Positions 1 to 9,023 of a stretch of 35,645 nt of DNA are shown one piece after another; position 1 is the first letter of the stretch, and each line of letters opens with the position of its first letter. Made by a program: the position numbers and the translations under genes. A model generated the notes under the pieces. It was not told the DNA's origin. It saw only the letters and a program-made list of their open reading frames with translations, and made no database searches. This DNA comes from Candidatus Faecousia faecipullorum (GTDB lineage: Bacteria > Bacillota > Clostridia > Oscillospirales > Oscillospiraceae). The DNA is taken from contig DVJG01000199.1 in the NCBI GenBank assembly GCA_018710805.1, positions 1 through 35,645 of the forward strand, read 5' to 3'.

Positions 1-93
1 GCTGAGCAGGGGGTGCTGTTCCAGAAAGCACTGGCAGTATTTGTGCTCAATGATCTTCCCCTTGTCATCCAGCCATTCCGGCGTACCGCTCAT
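1..93 (-). CDS. Phage/plasmid primase P4 family, N-terminal 31 aa (runs off window)
   Basis: ATG at 91-93 overlaps the upstream TGA (ATGA). Reads MSGTPEWLDDKGKIIEHKYCQCFLEQHPLLS, resembling N-termini of P4-type primase/helicases that follow CHC2 genes in Firmicute IMEs. Confidence 0.6.
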   Translation of the reverse strand, partial: MSGTPEWLDDKGKIIEHKYCQCFLEQHPLLS

Positions 94-683
94 GCGCAGT
101 CCCCCTCTTTCTCAGATAGTGTCCCGAGATATTCGGACAGCCGCCGGGTGTATCCCTCCTCGCAGAGCATTTCCGCCGTCTTTTCTGCCAGAAGCAGATC
201 ATTTCCCAGCAGGCAGTCGAGAAGATGGTTTACCGTGGGCAGTGCCTTCATCGCCTCGGCAAAGCGGGGATGAATGGGGTAACCCGGCTTCTCAGGACGA
301 TACCGCAGCTGCCAGATACGAAGGTGCCGGAGATATTCCTGCAAAACGCAAACACAGAGCCGCTCCCTGTCCCGGGTTGGCTCTGCATGGCAGTTGGGAA
401 TCTCCGATTGTTCTGGCGGTCTGGGATTGATGCTAAAATCAGCGGCGAGTTTTTCTGCGGCATCCTTAAGGCTGATGCCGAATAGCCTTGCGGTGAAGTC
501 TATGACATCCCCGCTGGCTCCGCAGCCGAAGCAGAAGAAGTAATCTTTGTTCAGCTTCATGCTGGGGTGCCGATCCTTGTGGAATGGGCAGCAGGTCATG
601 CCGTTTGGCAGAACCCGCAGCCCATAGTGTTCGGCAGCTTGCATCGGTGTGACAGCTGCCTTGATGGTTTCAAATACGCGCAT
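90..683 (-). CDS. CHC2 zinc-finger domain protein (DnaG N-terminal-like)
   Basis: CPFHKDRHPS...FFCFGCGASGDVIDF motif; GGAGG RBS at 691-695 supports ATG at 683. Confidence 0.9.
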   Translation of the reverse strand: MRVFETIKAAVTPMQAAEHYGLRVLPNGMTCCPFHKDRHPSMKLNKDYFFCFGCGASGDVIDFTARLFGISLKDAAEKLAADFSINPRPPEQSEIPNCHAEPTRDRERLCVCVLQEYLRHLRIWQLRYRPEKPGYPIHPRFAEAMKALPTVNHLLDCLLGNDLLLAEKTAEMLCEEGYTRRLSEYLGTLSEKEGDCA

Positions 684-770
684 TATCTTGCCTCCATAAA
701 AATATTGGGAAGAAAAATACCCGCTGGGGTTGGCAGGCATCTTACCTCCTCACTATGGTTATGGGGAAAT

Positions 771-826
771 TTTCAAAAAACAGGCTAATCGCAGGACAAG
801 CCCATTTCAAAAAACAGGACAAACCC
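771..826 (+). repeat. Direct repeats in the divergent promoter region
   Basis: TTTCAAAAAACAGG at 771-784 and 805-818; CAGGACAA(G/A)CCC at 792-803 and 815-826. Confidence 0.75.
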
Positions 827-828
827 TC

Positions 829-857
829 TTCCAATTATAGAACATATGTGCTATAAT
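829..857 (+). promoter_or_regulatory. Sigma-A promoter with a LexA (SOS/Cheo)-like box in the spacer
   Basis: TTCCAA(829-834)-17bp-TATAAT(852-857) with TG extension; GAACATATGTGC at 840-851 is one mismatch from GAAC-N4-GTTC. Confidence 0.65.
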
Positions 858-886
858 GAGCGAAAACAATTTTGGAGGGTTGGATG

Positions 887-1993
887 ATGAATACAAACGA
901 TGCGGTATCTCTTGACTTCTGGAACGGACTGGCTTTCTACTCCGGGAAAAGCTTCCCTTGCGGAACCATTGGCTGTGACGCCCTGAATATCCCAGCCGAA
1001 GTGATTGTGAAGCTGAAAGAACTATGTACGGTGCAGTATGCGCTGATAAACGCTCTTACTTTCGGTCCCGGGAATCCTGCACTGCTTTCGGCGGGGCGGG
1101 AAAGCGCCCAGCAGATTGCGAAGCTTCTGAAAGATGTGAAGCCCTTTTCCTATATGGATTTGCCCGATGTGGAAAGTCGAATTGAGCGGATTTTCTCGGA
1201 GGCATACCTGAACAACGCAATCGAATACAGCGCTGTCTTTGGCGGCAGCACTCTGGACATTCTGTCGGACCCAAAATATGAACAGGGCAAAACCCTGCTT
1301 CGGACGCTGCCGGTGCTGGCGCAGTTGGGATATTCTTTGGAGCAATATCAGCAAACCATGTTTGCCTTTGCGGAGAAGCTGAACGATCCCGGATTCAAGC
1401 GAACGCCCCAGAACATTGCTACTCTCTTTGGGGAGTGCTTCCCGAAGATTGAAAAATTTGAGAACAATGCCGCCTGGATGGCAATGACCAACGCCACCAC
1501 CCAATACACAACACTGCTGCGGCCTGACAGCAATACGCCGGTAATCGCAAAGCACATAATCTACGTTTCCTTCGTGGGTATGTTCCGCTCCGATCTGTAT
1601 GAAGGACTGTGTGTAGGACACGCTCCAAAAAAGTGCCGAACCTGCGGGCGCTGGTTTCTGACCATCAATGCCAGACCAACAAAATACTGCAACGGCTATG
1701 CTCCCGGAGATAAGCGGCACAGAAGCTGCAGACAGGTTGGGAATCTGAAAGGCCGAAAGGAACGGGAGAGTGCTAAGGATCATCCCTATATCGCGCTTTA
1801 TAAAAAACGCATGAACTCCATTAATCGTCGGATAAAAAGAAATCGTATCGATCCAGAGCTTGCAAAGCTGATGAAGAAGCTGGCGAAAGATAAAATGCAG
1901 AGGGCTGAGCATAGTGTCCGTTACGCCAATGGGAAATACATTCAGGAGATGGAGCTGGATGCCTTGGAGGCGGAAGCCAAAGCTCTCCTGTGA
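887..1993 (+). CDS. DUF6076-like protein with C-terminal Cys4 zinc ribbon
   Basis: C-terminal KKCRTCGRWF...TKYC...SCRQVG motif; GGAGG at 874-878; start 884 or 887. Confidence 0.7.
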   Translation: MNTNDAVSLDFWNGLAFYSGKSFPCGTIGCDALNIPAEVIVKLKELCTVQYALINALTFGPGNPALLSAGRESAQQIAKLLKDVKPFSYMDLPDVESRIERIFSEAYLNNAIEYSAVFGGSTLDILSDPKYEQGKTLLRTLPVLAQLGYSLEQYQQTMFAFAEKLNDPGFKRTPQNIATLFGECFPKIEKFENNAAWMAMTNATTQYTTLLRPDSNTPVIAKHIIYVSFVGMFRSDLYEGLCVGHAPKKCRTCGRWFLTINARPTKYCNGYAPGDKRHRSCRQVGNLKGRKERESAKDHPYIALYKKRMNSINRRIKRNRIDPELAKLMKKLAKDKMQRAEHSVRYANGKYIQEMELDALEAEAKALL

Positions 1994-2020
1994 TTCTGAA
2001 ACAGAGGAAGGAGGTGTCCC

Positions 2021-3238
2021 ATGCCCAAGTTAGCAGAAAGGTACACCACCAAATATGGTTTCCAGTGTCTGGAAAAGAACGTGACCCGGTTTGAGGCAGA
2101 GCACGCCTTTCAGATATCTCCGGAGCCGCTGGCTGTGGAGGATATCAATCAATACATCGTCATGGCAAACCGGGAGCACAATCTTCTGTATGTCTGCTTT
2201 TATCTCCACCACATTGAGAAAATACTGAATGGTCGCATCTACCGCTTCTTCCACCGTGAGGGACTGTACGCTTATGACCCGGTTCGTCTGCTGGATTACA
2301 AACTGAACTGCGTGTCCGCGATTGTGGATTGCTGTCCGGGGTATGATCCCGACAAGGGTGCAGACTTTCTGACCTATGCCTACTACGATATTGGCAACGC
2401 CATTCTCAACTGCCGCCGCTATGAGGAATCCGGCTCCTTCAAAAATCTGGACGAGTACAAAACCGTCCGGGGCATCGCGTGGCTCTATAATAAGGCGAGG
2501 GATTCCCGGAGGAAAACCATTGCGGCTTTCATGGGGAAAACCGGCTGCACCAAAAAGACGGCGGAGGATTACCTCACCGCAGCCCGCAAGAATCGGGGCA
2601 ACGTTTCTATCTATGATACCATTCTCCGTGAGCGCGACAGGGAATTCAGCGAGGATTTTGATGAGGATATCACCGAGGACGATGGTGAGGATTTGAGCCG
2701 GGATGCCGGTGGCGTGTACAACGCCATGCTCTGGGACAGCTCCTGGGGTGGTGCTGTCCAGCGCGCGCACAGCAAACTGGATTACCGTTCTCAGATTCTG
2801 ATTGAGCGGCACATGGCAGTTTGCATGGACTGCCGCTGTGTGCTGCCCCTGGGCCGCCGTCCCACATGGGAGGATCTGGCAGCGATGTTTGAAGGCTCCA
2901 CAGCCAGCGGTGCAGAACGGGCATACAAGAAAGCGGTACAGAAGCTGGCGCAGCTGCTGATTGAGGATGGCCTCTTTCATACAATCGTTTTGAAATGCAA
3001 GCGCCAGAAAAAGCGAAAAGAAAAAATCACCGCCGCGACCTACCTGTATCAGGCAGACAGCGACGGCGAATGGGGTGAGATTCAGTTTGACTTTGAAAAC
3101 AAAACGGCAGAAATCATCCGACTGGCAGACTGGGACAAAATGAATTCACAGCCTTTTGCCAAGTACGCAATCTCCTATCTTTTGAATTGTCAGAATGAGA
3201 AGCTGCCGAAAGAAACGGTGATTTCATTTGAGGAGTAG
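2021..3238 (+). CDS. Sigma-70-like protein (region 2- and region 4-like) with a C-terminal extension
   Basis: YDPDKGADFLTYAYYDIGNAI (region 2-like); LDYRSQILI...TWEDLAAMF...AERAYKKAVQKL (region 4 HTH-like); AGGAGGT RBS. Confidence 0.65.
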   Translation: MPKLAERYTTKYGFQCLEKNVTRFEAEHAFQISPEPLAVEDINQYIVMANREHNLLYVCFYLHHIEKILNGRIYRFFHREGLYAYDPVRLLDYKLNCVSAIVDCCPGYDPDKGADFLTYAYYDIGNAILNCRRYEESGSFKNLDEYKTVRGIAWLYNKARDSRRKTIAAFMGKTGCTKKTAEDYLTAARKNRGNVSIYDTILRERDREFSEDFDEDITEDDGEDLSRDAGGVYNAMLWDSSWGGAVQRAHSKLDYRSQILIERHMAVCMDCRCVLPLGRRPTWEDLAAMFEGSTASGAERAYKKAVQKLAQLLIEDGLFHTIVLKCKRQKKRKEKITAATYLYQADSDGEWGEIQFDFENKTAEIIRLADWDKMNSQPFAKYAISYLLNCQNEKLPKETVISFEE

Positions 3239-3498
3239 CGAGAGAGAGCAGTGTCGCTGCGGCGGGACGGGGGATGATATCCCTTTGGCTCCCCCGGTGA
3301 TGCTGCTGCGCTCCAAGAATTTCTTCCGAAATTCTCTCCGCTCCGCTGTACCACCTATACCCGAACAGGCGGATTCTGCTATCGCAAACTCCTGGGCTTC
3401 TCGTCCGGGAGGACGCAGAATCCGCCTGTTCTGTGGCTGGCTGAAATTGCTTGTTCCTCCCCCGAACAACCCCTTTCCGCCACCCACGGTCTCCAAAG

Positions 3499-3537
3499 GT
3501 ATAACACACTAGACTTTGCGCACAAAGTCGTGTGCCA
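3499..3537 (-). other. MOBV/pMV158-type origin of transfer (oriT)
   Basis: Minus strand GCACACGACTTTGTGCGCAAAGTCTAGTGTGTTATAC: an inverted repeat followed by TAGTGTGTTA, the pMV158 nick core; predicted nic between 3505 and 3504. Confidence 0.8.
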
Positions 3538-3567
3538 CGAAACCGCCGGTTTCATTGGATTCTTCCT

Positions 3568-3702
3568 GCCAAGGCAGCGCCGCCGCCTTTGGAAACCACT
3601 GCCAAGGGAACGCTGTCCCCTTTGGAATCCTCAGCCAACAGGGTGCTCTCGCCCCTATTGGAAACCCAGAGCCAAAGGAATTTGCCATCCCTTTGGAATC
3701 CC
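3568..3702. repeat. Array of four hairpin units GCCAA..GG-loop-CC..TTGGAAWCC
   Basis: Units at 3568-3597, 3601-3630, 3634-3667 and 3671-3702 share stem bases and differ in their loops. Confidence 0.75.
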
Positions 3703-3835
3703 AGATGCGTTTTGGAATGCGTACCCACAAAGAAAAAATGAATTGTGGGCATTCATTCCAAAACGCACCCCTGGGTCGATCATCTGCTATGGTGATCTCC
3801 AGAGGGTTTGCCGCAATCAGATGACAGATATATTG

Positions 3836-3865
3836 AGGCGGCGGAAGGAAATCCTTCCGCCGCCT
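3836..3865 (-). terminator. Hairpin after the sugar ABC operon
   Basis: AGGCGGCGGAAGGA-aa-TCCTTCCGCCGCCT perfect inverted repeat ~20 nt past the stop; weak U-tract. Confidence 0.65.
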
Positions 3866-3886
3866 TGTCATGTTTTGATACGGTTC

Positions 3887-5020
3887 TTACTTCAGCAGTG
3901 CCAGACGGCCGGGATCGTTGGCAAAGACTTCCTTAGCATTGTCCTTGGTGACCACGACGGGGGGCAGCTCGTAGACGAGAACATCGATCTTGCCATTTTT
4001 CACCTGAACATCGGTAGCGGGCATGCCGTTGCCTGCCTGCAGGGACTTGATGATCTCGATAGTCTGAGCAACCAGAGCATCGGTGGGCTTTGCAATGGTG
4101 GAGTACTGACGACCGGACCAGACCCACTCAACGGACTCGTTCTCAGCGTCCAGACCGGAGATAGCGGGAATCTCCTGACCGGCCTGCTCGCAGGAGGTGA
4201 TGATCGCACGGGCGATGCCGTCGTTGGGAGACAGGACACCGTGAATTTCCTTGTCAGAGTAGAAGCCGGACAGCAGGGAGTCCATTCTTGCCTGTGCCTT
4301 GGAGTTGTCCCAGTCCATGGTAGCGCACTGGGTGAAGTCAGTCTGGCCGGAAACAACGGTCAGCGTGCCGTCGTCGATCAGGGGCTGCAGAACGCTCATA
4401 GCGCCCTTGAAGAAGTTGGGAGCATTGGGGTCAGCGGGGCCGCCGCCGAACAGCTCGATGTTCCAGGGACCCTCACCCTTCATTGCCTTCAGACCATCCA
4501 GCAGAGCCTGGGCCTGCAGTTCACCGGTCTTGACGCTGCCGAACTGAACAACACCGTCAACGCCGGTGGTATTCTCCAGGAGGCGGTCATAACCAATGAC
4601 ATAAACGCCGGCAGCCTTGGCCTCTTCCAGGACAGCGCCCAGCTGGGTGCCATCGATGGGGCCAACAACGATAACCTTGGCGCCGTTCTGAATCATGGAT
4701 TCGATCTGCTGCTGCTGCGTGGGAACCTTATTGTCAGCAGCCTGGATGATGGGCTTGAAGCCGGCAGCTTCCAGCTCAGATTTGAACATTTCTTCGGCCT
4801 CTTTCCAGTTCTGGGTGCCCAGCCAGGGCAGGGAGACACCGATGGTGGCGTCGGCCTCAAAGCCGCCGGCTGCAGCGGGAGCCTCAGTGCTGCTGTTGGC
4901 CTCAGCGGGCTTTGCAGCGGGGGTAGTCGCTGCGGGAGCAGGTTCGGTACGACCGCCGCCGCAGGCAGTCATGGACAGAACCATAACCAGCGCCAAGAGC
5001 AATGCGAACAGTTTTTTCAT
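3887..5020 (-). CDS. Monosaccharide ABC transporter substrate-binding lipoprotein (ChvE/XylF-like)
   Basis: Lipobox MTAC, Ala/Pro linker, QQQQIESMI...GAKVIVV, YDRLL, VLSPNDGIA motifs. Confidence 0.9.
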   Translation of the reverse strand: MKKLFALLLALVMVLSMTACGGGRTEPAPAATTPAAKPAEANSSTEAPAAAGGFEADATIGVSLPWLGTQNWKEAEEMFKSELEAAGFKPIIQAADNKVPTQQQQIESMIQNGAKVIVVGPIDGTQLGAVLEEAKAAGVYVIGYDRLLENTTGVDGVVQFGSVKTGELQAQALLDGLKAMKGEGPWNIELFGGGPADPNAPNFFKGAMSVLQPLIDDGTLTVVSGQTDFTQCATMDWDNSKAQARMDSLLSGFYSDKEIHGVLSPNDGIARAIITSCEQAGQEIPAISGLDAENESVEWVWSGRQYSTIAKPTDALVAQTIEIIKSLQAGNGMPATDVQVKNGKIDVLVYELPPVVVTKDNAKEVFANDPGRLALLK

Positions 5021-5081
5021 TGTTTTTTCCTCCTACTATTGTGTATTTGGTTTTTTATTAAGGCCCGGCTGCAAAAAAACC

Positions 5082-6329
5082 TCAGGATTTTTTGTCAGCA
5101 GGGGAACCTTCTTTGTTTTCGGCACTGTTCCTGTTAAACAGGCGCTTCGTAATGGAGACGTGTCCGGGACGCTTATTGTACACGTCGAAGGCAACTGCTG
5201 CCATCAGAACCAAGCCCTTGATAACCTGGGTCTTGTCGGCACCCACACCCAGCAGCATCAGGCCGGAGTTCAGAACTGCCATCATCATACCGCCGACCAT
5301 GGTAGCCATAATGGTACCCACACCGCCGGATACGGCTGCACCGCCAATGTAGACAGATGCAATGGCATCCATCTCCCAGCTGGTACCATCGGAGGGGCCT
5401 GCCGCAGTGGATCGTCCCACAAACATAATGCCAGCCAGTGCAGCCAGGAAGGACATATTCAGCATAGTCAGGAAATAGGTCTTCTGCACGTTGACGCCGG
5501 ACAGGGCCGCAGCGTTCTTATTACCGCCCACTGCGTAGATATGGCGTCCAAATCTGGTTTTCTGGGTGATGGTGTGATAGATCATCACCAGAACCACCAG
5601 AATCAGGCCGGGGATTGGGAAGGAGGTACCGGGACGTCCGGTGCCAAACAGCCAGGTCAGATAACCGATTACACCCGTACCCAGTACGATTCGGATTACA
5701 ACAGGCCACAGGGGCTCCTTATTTGTATGCAGTTCATTTACACGAGCGTGCTGGCGAAGCTGTGCGTAGATGACAAATGCGATGGCGAAGATGCCCAGCA
5801 GCAGCGTGGAGTTGTTCATTCCCGTAAAGGCAGGACCCCACTCAGGCAGATGACCGGCACCGAACCATTTCAGTTCCGAAGGAGCGGGGACGGAGATAGA
5901 GTGGGAAATCCAGATGACCGCACCGCGGAAAATCATCATGCTGCCCAAGGTAGTGATAAAACCGGGAATACCCATCTTTGCCACCCAGAAGCCGTTCCAT
6001 GCGCCAATCAGCACACCGATTCCCATGCCCAGCAGCACCGCTGCCCACCAGGGGAAATTCCATTTCTGGAATGCGATGGCCATGACCATTCCGCAGAAAC
6101 CGGCAACGGAACCAACGGACAAGTCGATCTGGCCGATGACGATGACCATCAGCATACCGATGGCCAGAATCAGCACATACGCATTACCAGACAAAAGATT
6201 CTGGAAATTGGAGGGGGTAATCATTTTTCCGCCCGAGGCAATATTGAAGAAAACGATCAGTGCAATCAACGCGATTACCATCGTGTATTTATGCAGGTCG
6301 TCTCCCAACACTTTTTTGATTTTGTTCAT
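5082..6329 (-). CDS. Monosaccharide ABC transporter permease (GguB/XylH-like)
   Basis: IDLSVGS, IPGFITTL, GRHIYAVGGNKNAAALSGV motifs; multiple TM helices. Confidence 0.92.
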   Translation of the reverse strand: MNKIKKVLGDDLHKYTMVIALIALIVFFNIASGGKMITPSNFQNLLSGNAYVLILAIGMLMVIVIGQIDLSVGSVAGFCGMVMAIAFQKWNFPWWAAVLLGMGIGVLIGAWNGFWVAKMGIPGFITTLGSMMIFRGAVIWISHSISVPAPSELKWFGAGHLPEWGPAFTGMNNSTLLLGIFAIAFVIYAQLRQHARVNELHTNKEPLWPVVIRIVLGTGVIGYLTWLFGTGRPGTSFPIPGLILVVLVMIYHTITQKTRFGRHIYAVGGNKNAAALSGVNVQKTYFLTMLNMSFLAALAGIMFVGRSTAAGPSDGTSWEMDAIASVYIGGAAVSGGVGTIMATMVGGMMMAVLNSGLMLLGVGADKTQVIKGLVLMAAVAFDVYNKRPGHVSITKRLFNRNSAENKEGSPADKKS

Positions 6330-6353
6330 AAGACGATTCCATCCTTTCCTTCA

Positions 6354-7895
6354 TTATGATTTTGTGTCAGATGTTGTTGTCATCAACCGCATCAACTTTT
6401 CCTGATCTGCGTCCTTGCTGTCTATCACACCCGTGATGCTTCCTTCACAGATGGTATAGATGCGATCCGACATACCCAGCAGTTCCGGCAGCTCCGAAGA
6501 GACCAGGATCACGGCCTTGCCCTGATCCGCCATCTCATGGATCAGGCGGTAAATCTCGTACTTGGCACCGACATCGATGCCCCGGGTAGGTTCATCAAGA
6601 ATCAGAACCTCCGGCTCCGTAAACATCCACTTACCCAGAACCACTTTCTGCTGGTTGCCGCCGGACAGAGTTGTCACACCGGCATCCACGGAGCTTGTTT
6701 TGACCCGGAGGGCTTTTCTGCTCTGCTCAGCTGCCTGCAGTTCCTTGTCAGAATCCAGAAGTCTGCCTCTTAAGATTGCCTTCAGGTTTGCTGATACAAT
6801 CGTCATCCGGATGCTGTCCAGCAGATTGAGTCCCAAGTTCTTCCGGTCTTCGGGAACATAGGCGATGCCTGCTTCAATGGCAGCGGAAACGGAAGGGAGA
6901 GCTAGCTCCTGACCTTTCATTTTCACGGTACCGCCGTGGAAAACGCCGTAATTGTGTCCGAAGATGGAGCGCATCAGTTCAGTCCGTCCTGCGCCCATCA
7001 GGCCGGCAAAACCCACGACCTCGCCGGCACGGACATGGAATTCGGAGTTTTTACAGACCATTCTGCCCGGGACATTGGGATCCTCCACGCACCAGTCGGA
7101 TACCTCAAAGATAATCTCGCCGGGGTGGGACTCATGGGGCGGATAGCGGTTCTCGATAGCGCGGCCTACCATGGAACTGATGATCCGGTCCTCATCCACA
7201 TGGCCTGCTTCCACCGGGTAGGTCTCCACGGTGCGTCCGTCTCGAATGACGGTAACGGCATCCGAGATCGCCGCGATTTCATTGAGCTTGTGGGAGATCA
7301 TGATACAGGTGATGCCCTTGCTCTTCAGGCCCCGCATCAGCTCCAGAAGATTGGCAGAATCAGCCTCATTCAGAGCAGAAGTGGGCTCATCCAGGATCAA
7401 CAGCTTGACATTCTTGGACAATGCCTTTGCAATTTCCACCAGCTGCTGCTGGCCCACACCCAGATTTTTGATGAGGGTATTGGGATTCAGATTCAGACCC
7501 ACACGCTCCATCAATTCCATGGTCCGCTGACGGGCTTCCTCCCAGTCAATGAGGCCGTGCTTTACGATCTCATTGCCCATAAAAATATTCTCGGTAATGG
7601 AAAGTTCGGGGATCATGGTCAGCTCCTGATGGATGATGACGATTCCGGCGTTTTCCGATTCCTTGATGTTTTTGAACTTGGCTTCTTCTCCCATGTAGAA
7701 AATCTGGCCCTCGTAAGAACCGTATGGGTAGACACCGGACAAGACTTTCATCAGGGTGGATTTTCCTGCGCCATTTTCGCCGCAGATAGAATGGATCTCA
7801 CCCCGCCGCACTTCCAGCGTTACGCCGTCCAGTGCGCGAACGCCCGGAAACTCCTTGACGATTTCCCGCATTTGGAGAATGATAGAATCTTCCAT
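6354..7895 (-). CDS. Monosaccharide ABC transporter ATP-binding protein (GguA/XylG-like, two NBDs)
   Basis: GENGAGKS, LILDEPT, LSGGNQQK, DEPTRGIDVGAK; AAGGAGGT RBS supports ATG at 7895. Confidence 0.95.
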   Translation of the reverse strand: MEDSIILQMREIVKEFPGVRALDGVTLEVRRGEIHSICGENGAGKSTLMKVLSGVYPYGSYEGQIFYMGEEAKFKNIKESENAGIVIIHQELTMIPELSITENIFMGNEIVKHGLIDWEEARQRTMELMERVGLNLNPNTLIKNLGVGQQQLVEIAKALSKNVKLLILDEPTSALNEADSANLLELMRGLKSKGITCIMISHKLNEIAAISDAVTVIRDGRTVETYPVEAGHVDEDRIISSMVGRAIENRYPPHESHPGEIIFEVSDWCVEDPNVPGRMVCKNSEFHVRAGEVVGFAGLMGAGRTELMRSIFGHNYGVFHGGTVKMKGQELALPSVSAAIEAGIAYVPEDRKNLGLNLLDSIRMTIVSANLKAILRGRLLDSDKELQAAEQSRKALRVKTSSVDAGVTTLSGGNQQKVVLGKWMFTEPEVLILDEPTRGIDVGAKYEIYRLIHEMADQGKAVILVSSELPELLGMSDRIYTICEGSITGVIDSKDADQEKLMRLMTTTSDTKS

Positions 7896-7937
7896 ATGCA
7901 ACCTCCTTTAATTCCTCTATTCCAGGGAAAAATATGC

Positions 7938-8780
7938 TCATCGCGCCTTCTCTGGCTTTTTGTCAGTGCCCGGCGCTTTCAGACGCAGACCGTTCAGCGC
8001 GATGTAGACACCCTCCTCGTCATTGGAAGCTGTCACATAATCCGCCGCTTCCTTTACCTGTCTTGGAGCATTTCCCATGGCGATACCCAGCCCGCAGTAT
8101 TGGAGCATATCGATGTCCACATCGTTGTCACCGAATGCCACTGCATCCTCCGCACCCAAACTGTAGTGCGCCAGCAGCACCTGCACCGCGCTGTGCTTGG
8201 TGCTTTTCGGGGAGAGAATCTCCAGATAGGTGGCTTTCGAGCGCAGGGCCATCAGCTGGGGGAAATACCGTGGAATCTCATTCTGCAAAGCACGTATTTG
8301 TGTCGCGTCACCGATACACAGCAGTTTGTGGATGTGGGGCGCGGCATCCGCGGCCTTCTCCAGAGCGCTTTTCAGCGGGGTGCACTGGGAAATATCCGCC
8401 TCCTGCTGAATCAATGGGTGCTGGGGATCTTCTGCCAGCCAGACATCGTACAGATAGGCACTTACCACCAACTCAGGAAACCGTTCTGAGACAAACCGCT
8501 GGAACTCCACTGCCAGTTGGGTGTTGATTCCCACATCCCGCAGTATGGTGCTGTTTTCGTCGTAAACCAGTCCGCCGTTGTAGCAGGCCACCGGGCTGTG
8601 CAGGCCTACCTGTTTGGCTATCAGATTCACACCGCCGGGTGAGCGTGCCGAGCACAGGATGATGGGGACATTTCGCCTGTGCAGATATTGCAGACGATTG
8701 AGGGTGCAGGGCATAATCTGATGCCGGGAGTCCAGCAGGGTTCCATCAATGTCCAGGAAAACGATAGAATAGGTACGCAT
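7938..8780 (-). CDS. Cof-type HAD-IIB phosphatase
   Basis: DIDGTLL motif I; AFGDNDVDIDML; IAMGNA; SNDEEGV. Confidence 0.92.
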   Translation of the reverse strand: MRTYSIVFLDIDGTLLDSRHQIMPCTLNRLQYLHRRNVPIILCSARSPGGVNLIAKQVGLHSPVACYNGGLVYDENSTILRDVGINTQLAVEFQRFVSERFPELVVSAYLYDVWLAEDPQHPLIQQEADISQCTPLKSALEKAADAAPHIHKLLCIGDATQIRALQNEIPRYFPQLMALRSKATYLEILSPKSTKHSAVQVLLAHYSLGAEDAVAFGDNDVDIDMLQYCGLGIAMGNAPRQVKEAADYVTASNDEEGVYIALNGLRLKAPGTDKKPEKAR

Positions 8781-8854
8781 CCGATTGCACCGCCCCCCCT
8801 TCTATTCGCTCTGTCGCTTAACAAATATCTGTCTATATGATACAAAAAATGCAG

Positions 8855-8901
8855 ATTATATACAGTGCCGTTTGTCATAAGTTACAGATTACATTTGTCA
8901 T
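8855..8901 (-). promoter_or_regulatory. Promoter of the HAD-ABC operon with two putative response-regulator boxes
   Basis: TATAAT on minus strand at 8855-8860; ATGACAAATGTAAT (8888-8901) and ATGACAAACGGCAC (8865-8878), 23 bp apart, in place of a clear -35. Confidence 0.55.
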
Positions 8902-8968
8902 GTTTTTTCCGATTTTCCAAATTGTCTATCGAATTTGGAAAAACCAACTCCTGTTTTTTATGCAAAAC

Positions 8969-9020
8969 GCAGAGCAAGGGCCTGCCTGGATTTTTCAGGC
9001 AGGCCCTTGCTCTGCAAAAA
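8969..9020 (-). terminator. Terminator hairpin
   Basis: 20-bp perfect stem GCAGAGCAAGGGCCTGCCTG / CAGGCAGGCCCTTGCTCTGC just after the 9024 stop. Confidence 0.8.
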
Positions 9021-9023
9021 ACG

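Noticed and set aside
3568-3702. Possible mini CRISPR array
   Set aside because: Repeats are degenerate, variable parts are only short loops, and no cas genes are present.
3114-3871. Several 60-130 aa ORFs between the sigma-like gene and the ABC operon
   Set aside because: They overlap oriT and hairpins, lack RBS and family motifs, and none resembles a relaxase.
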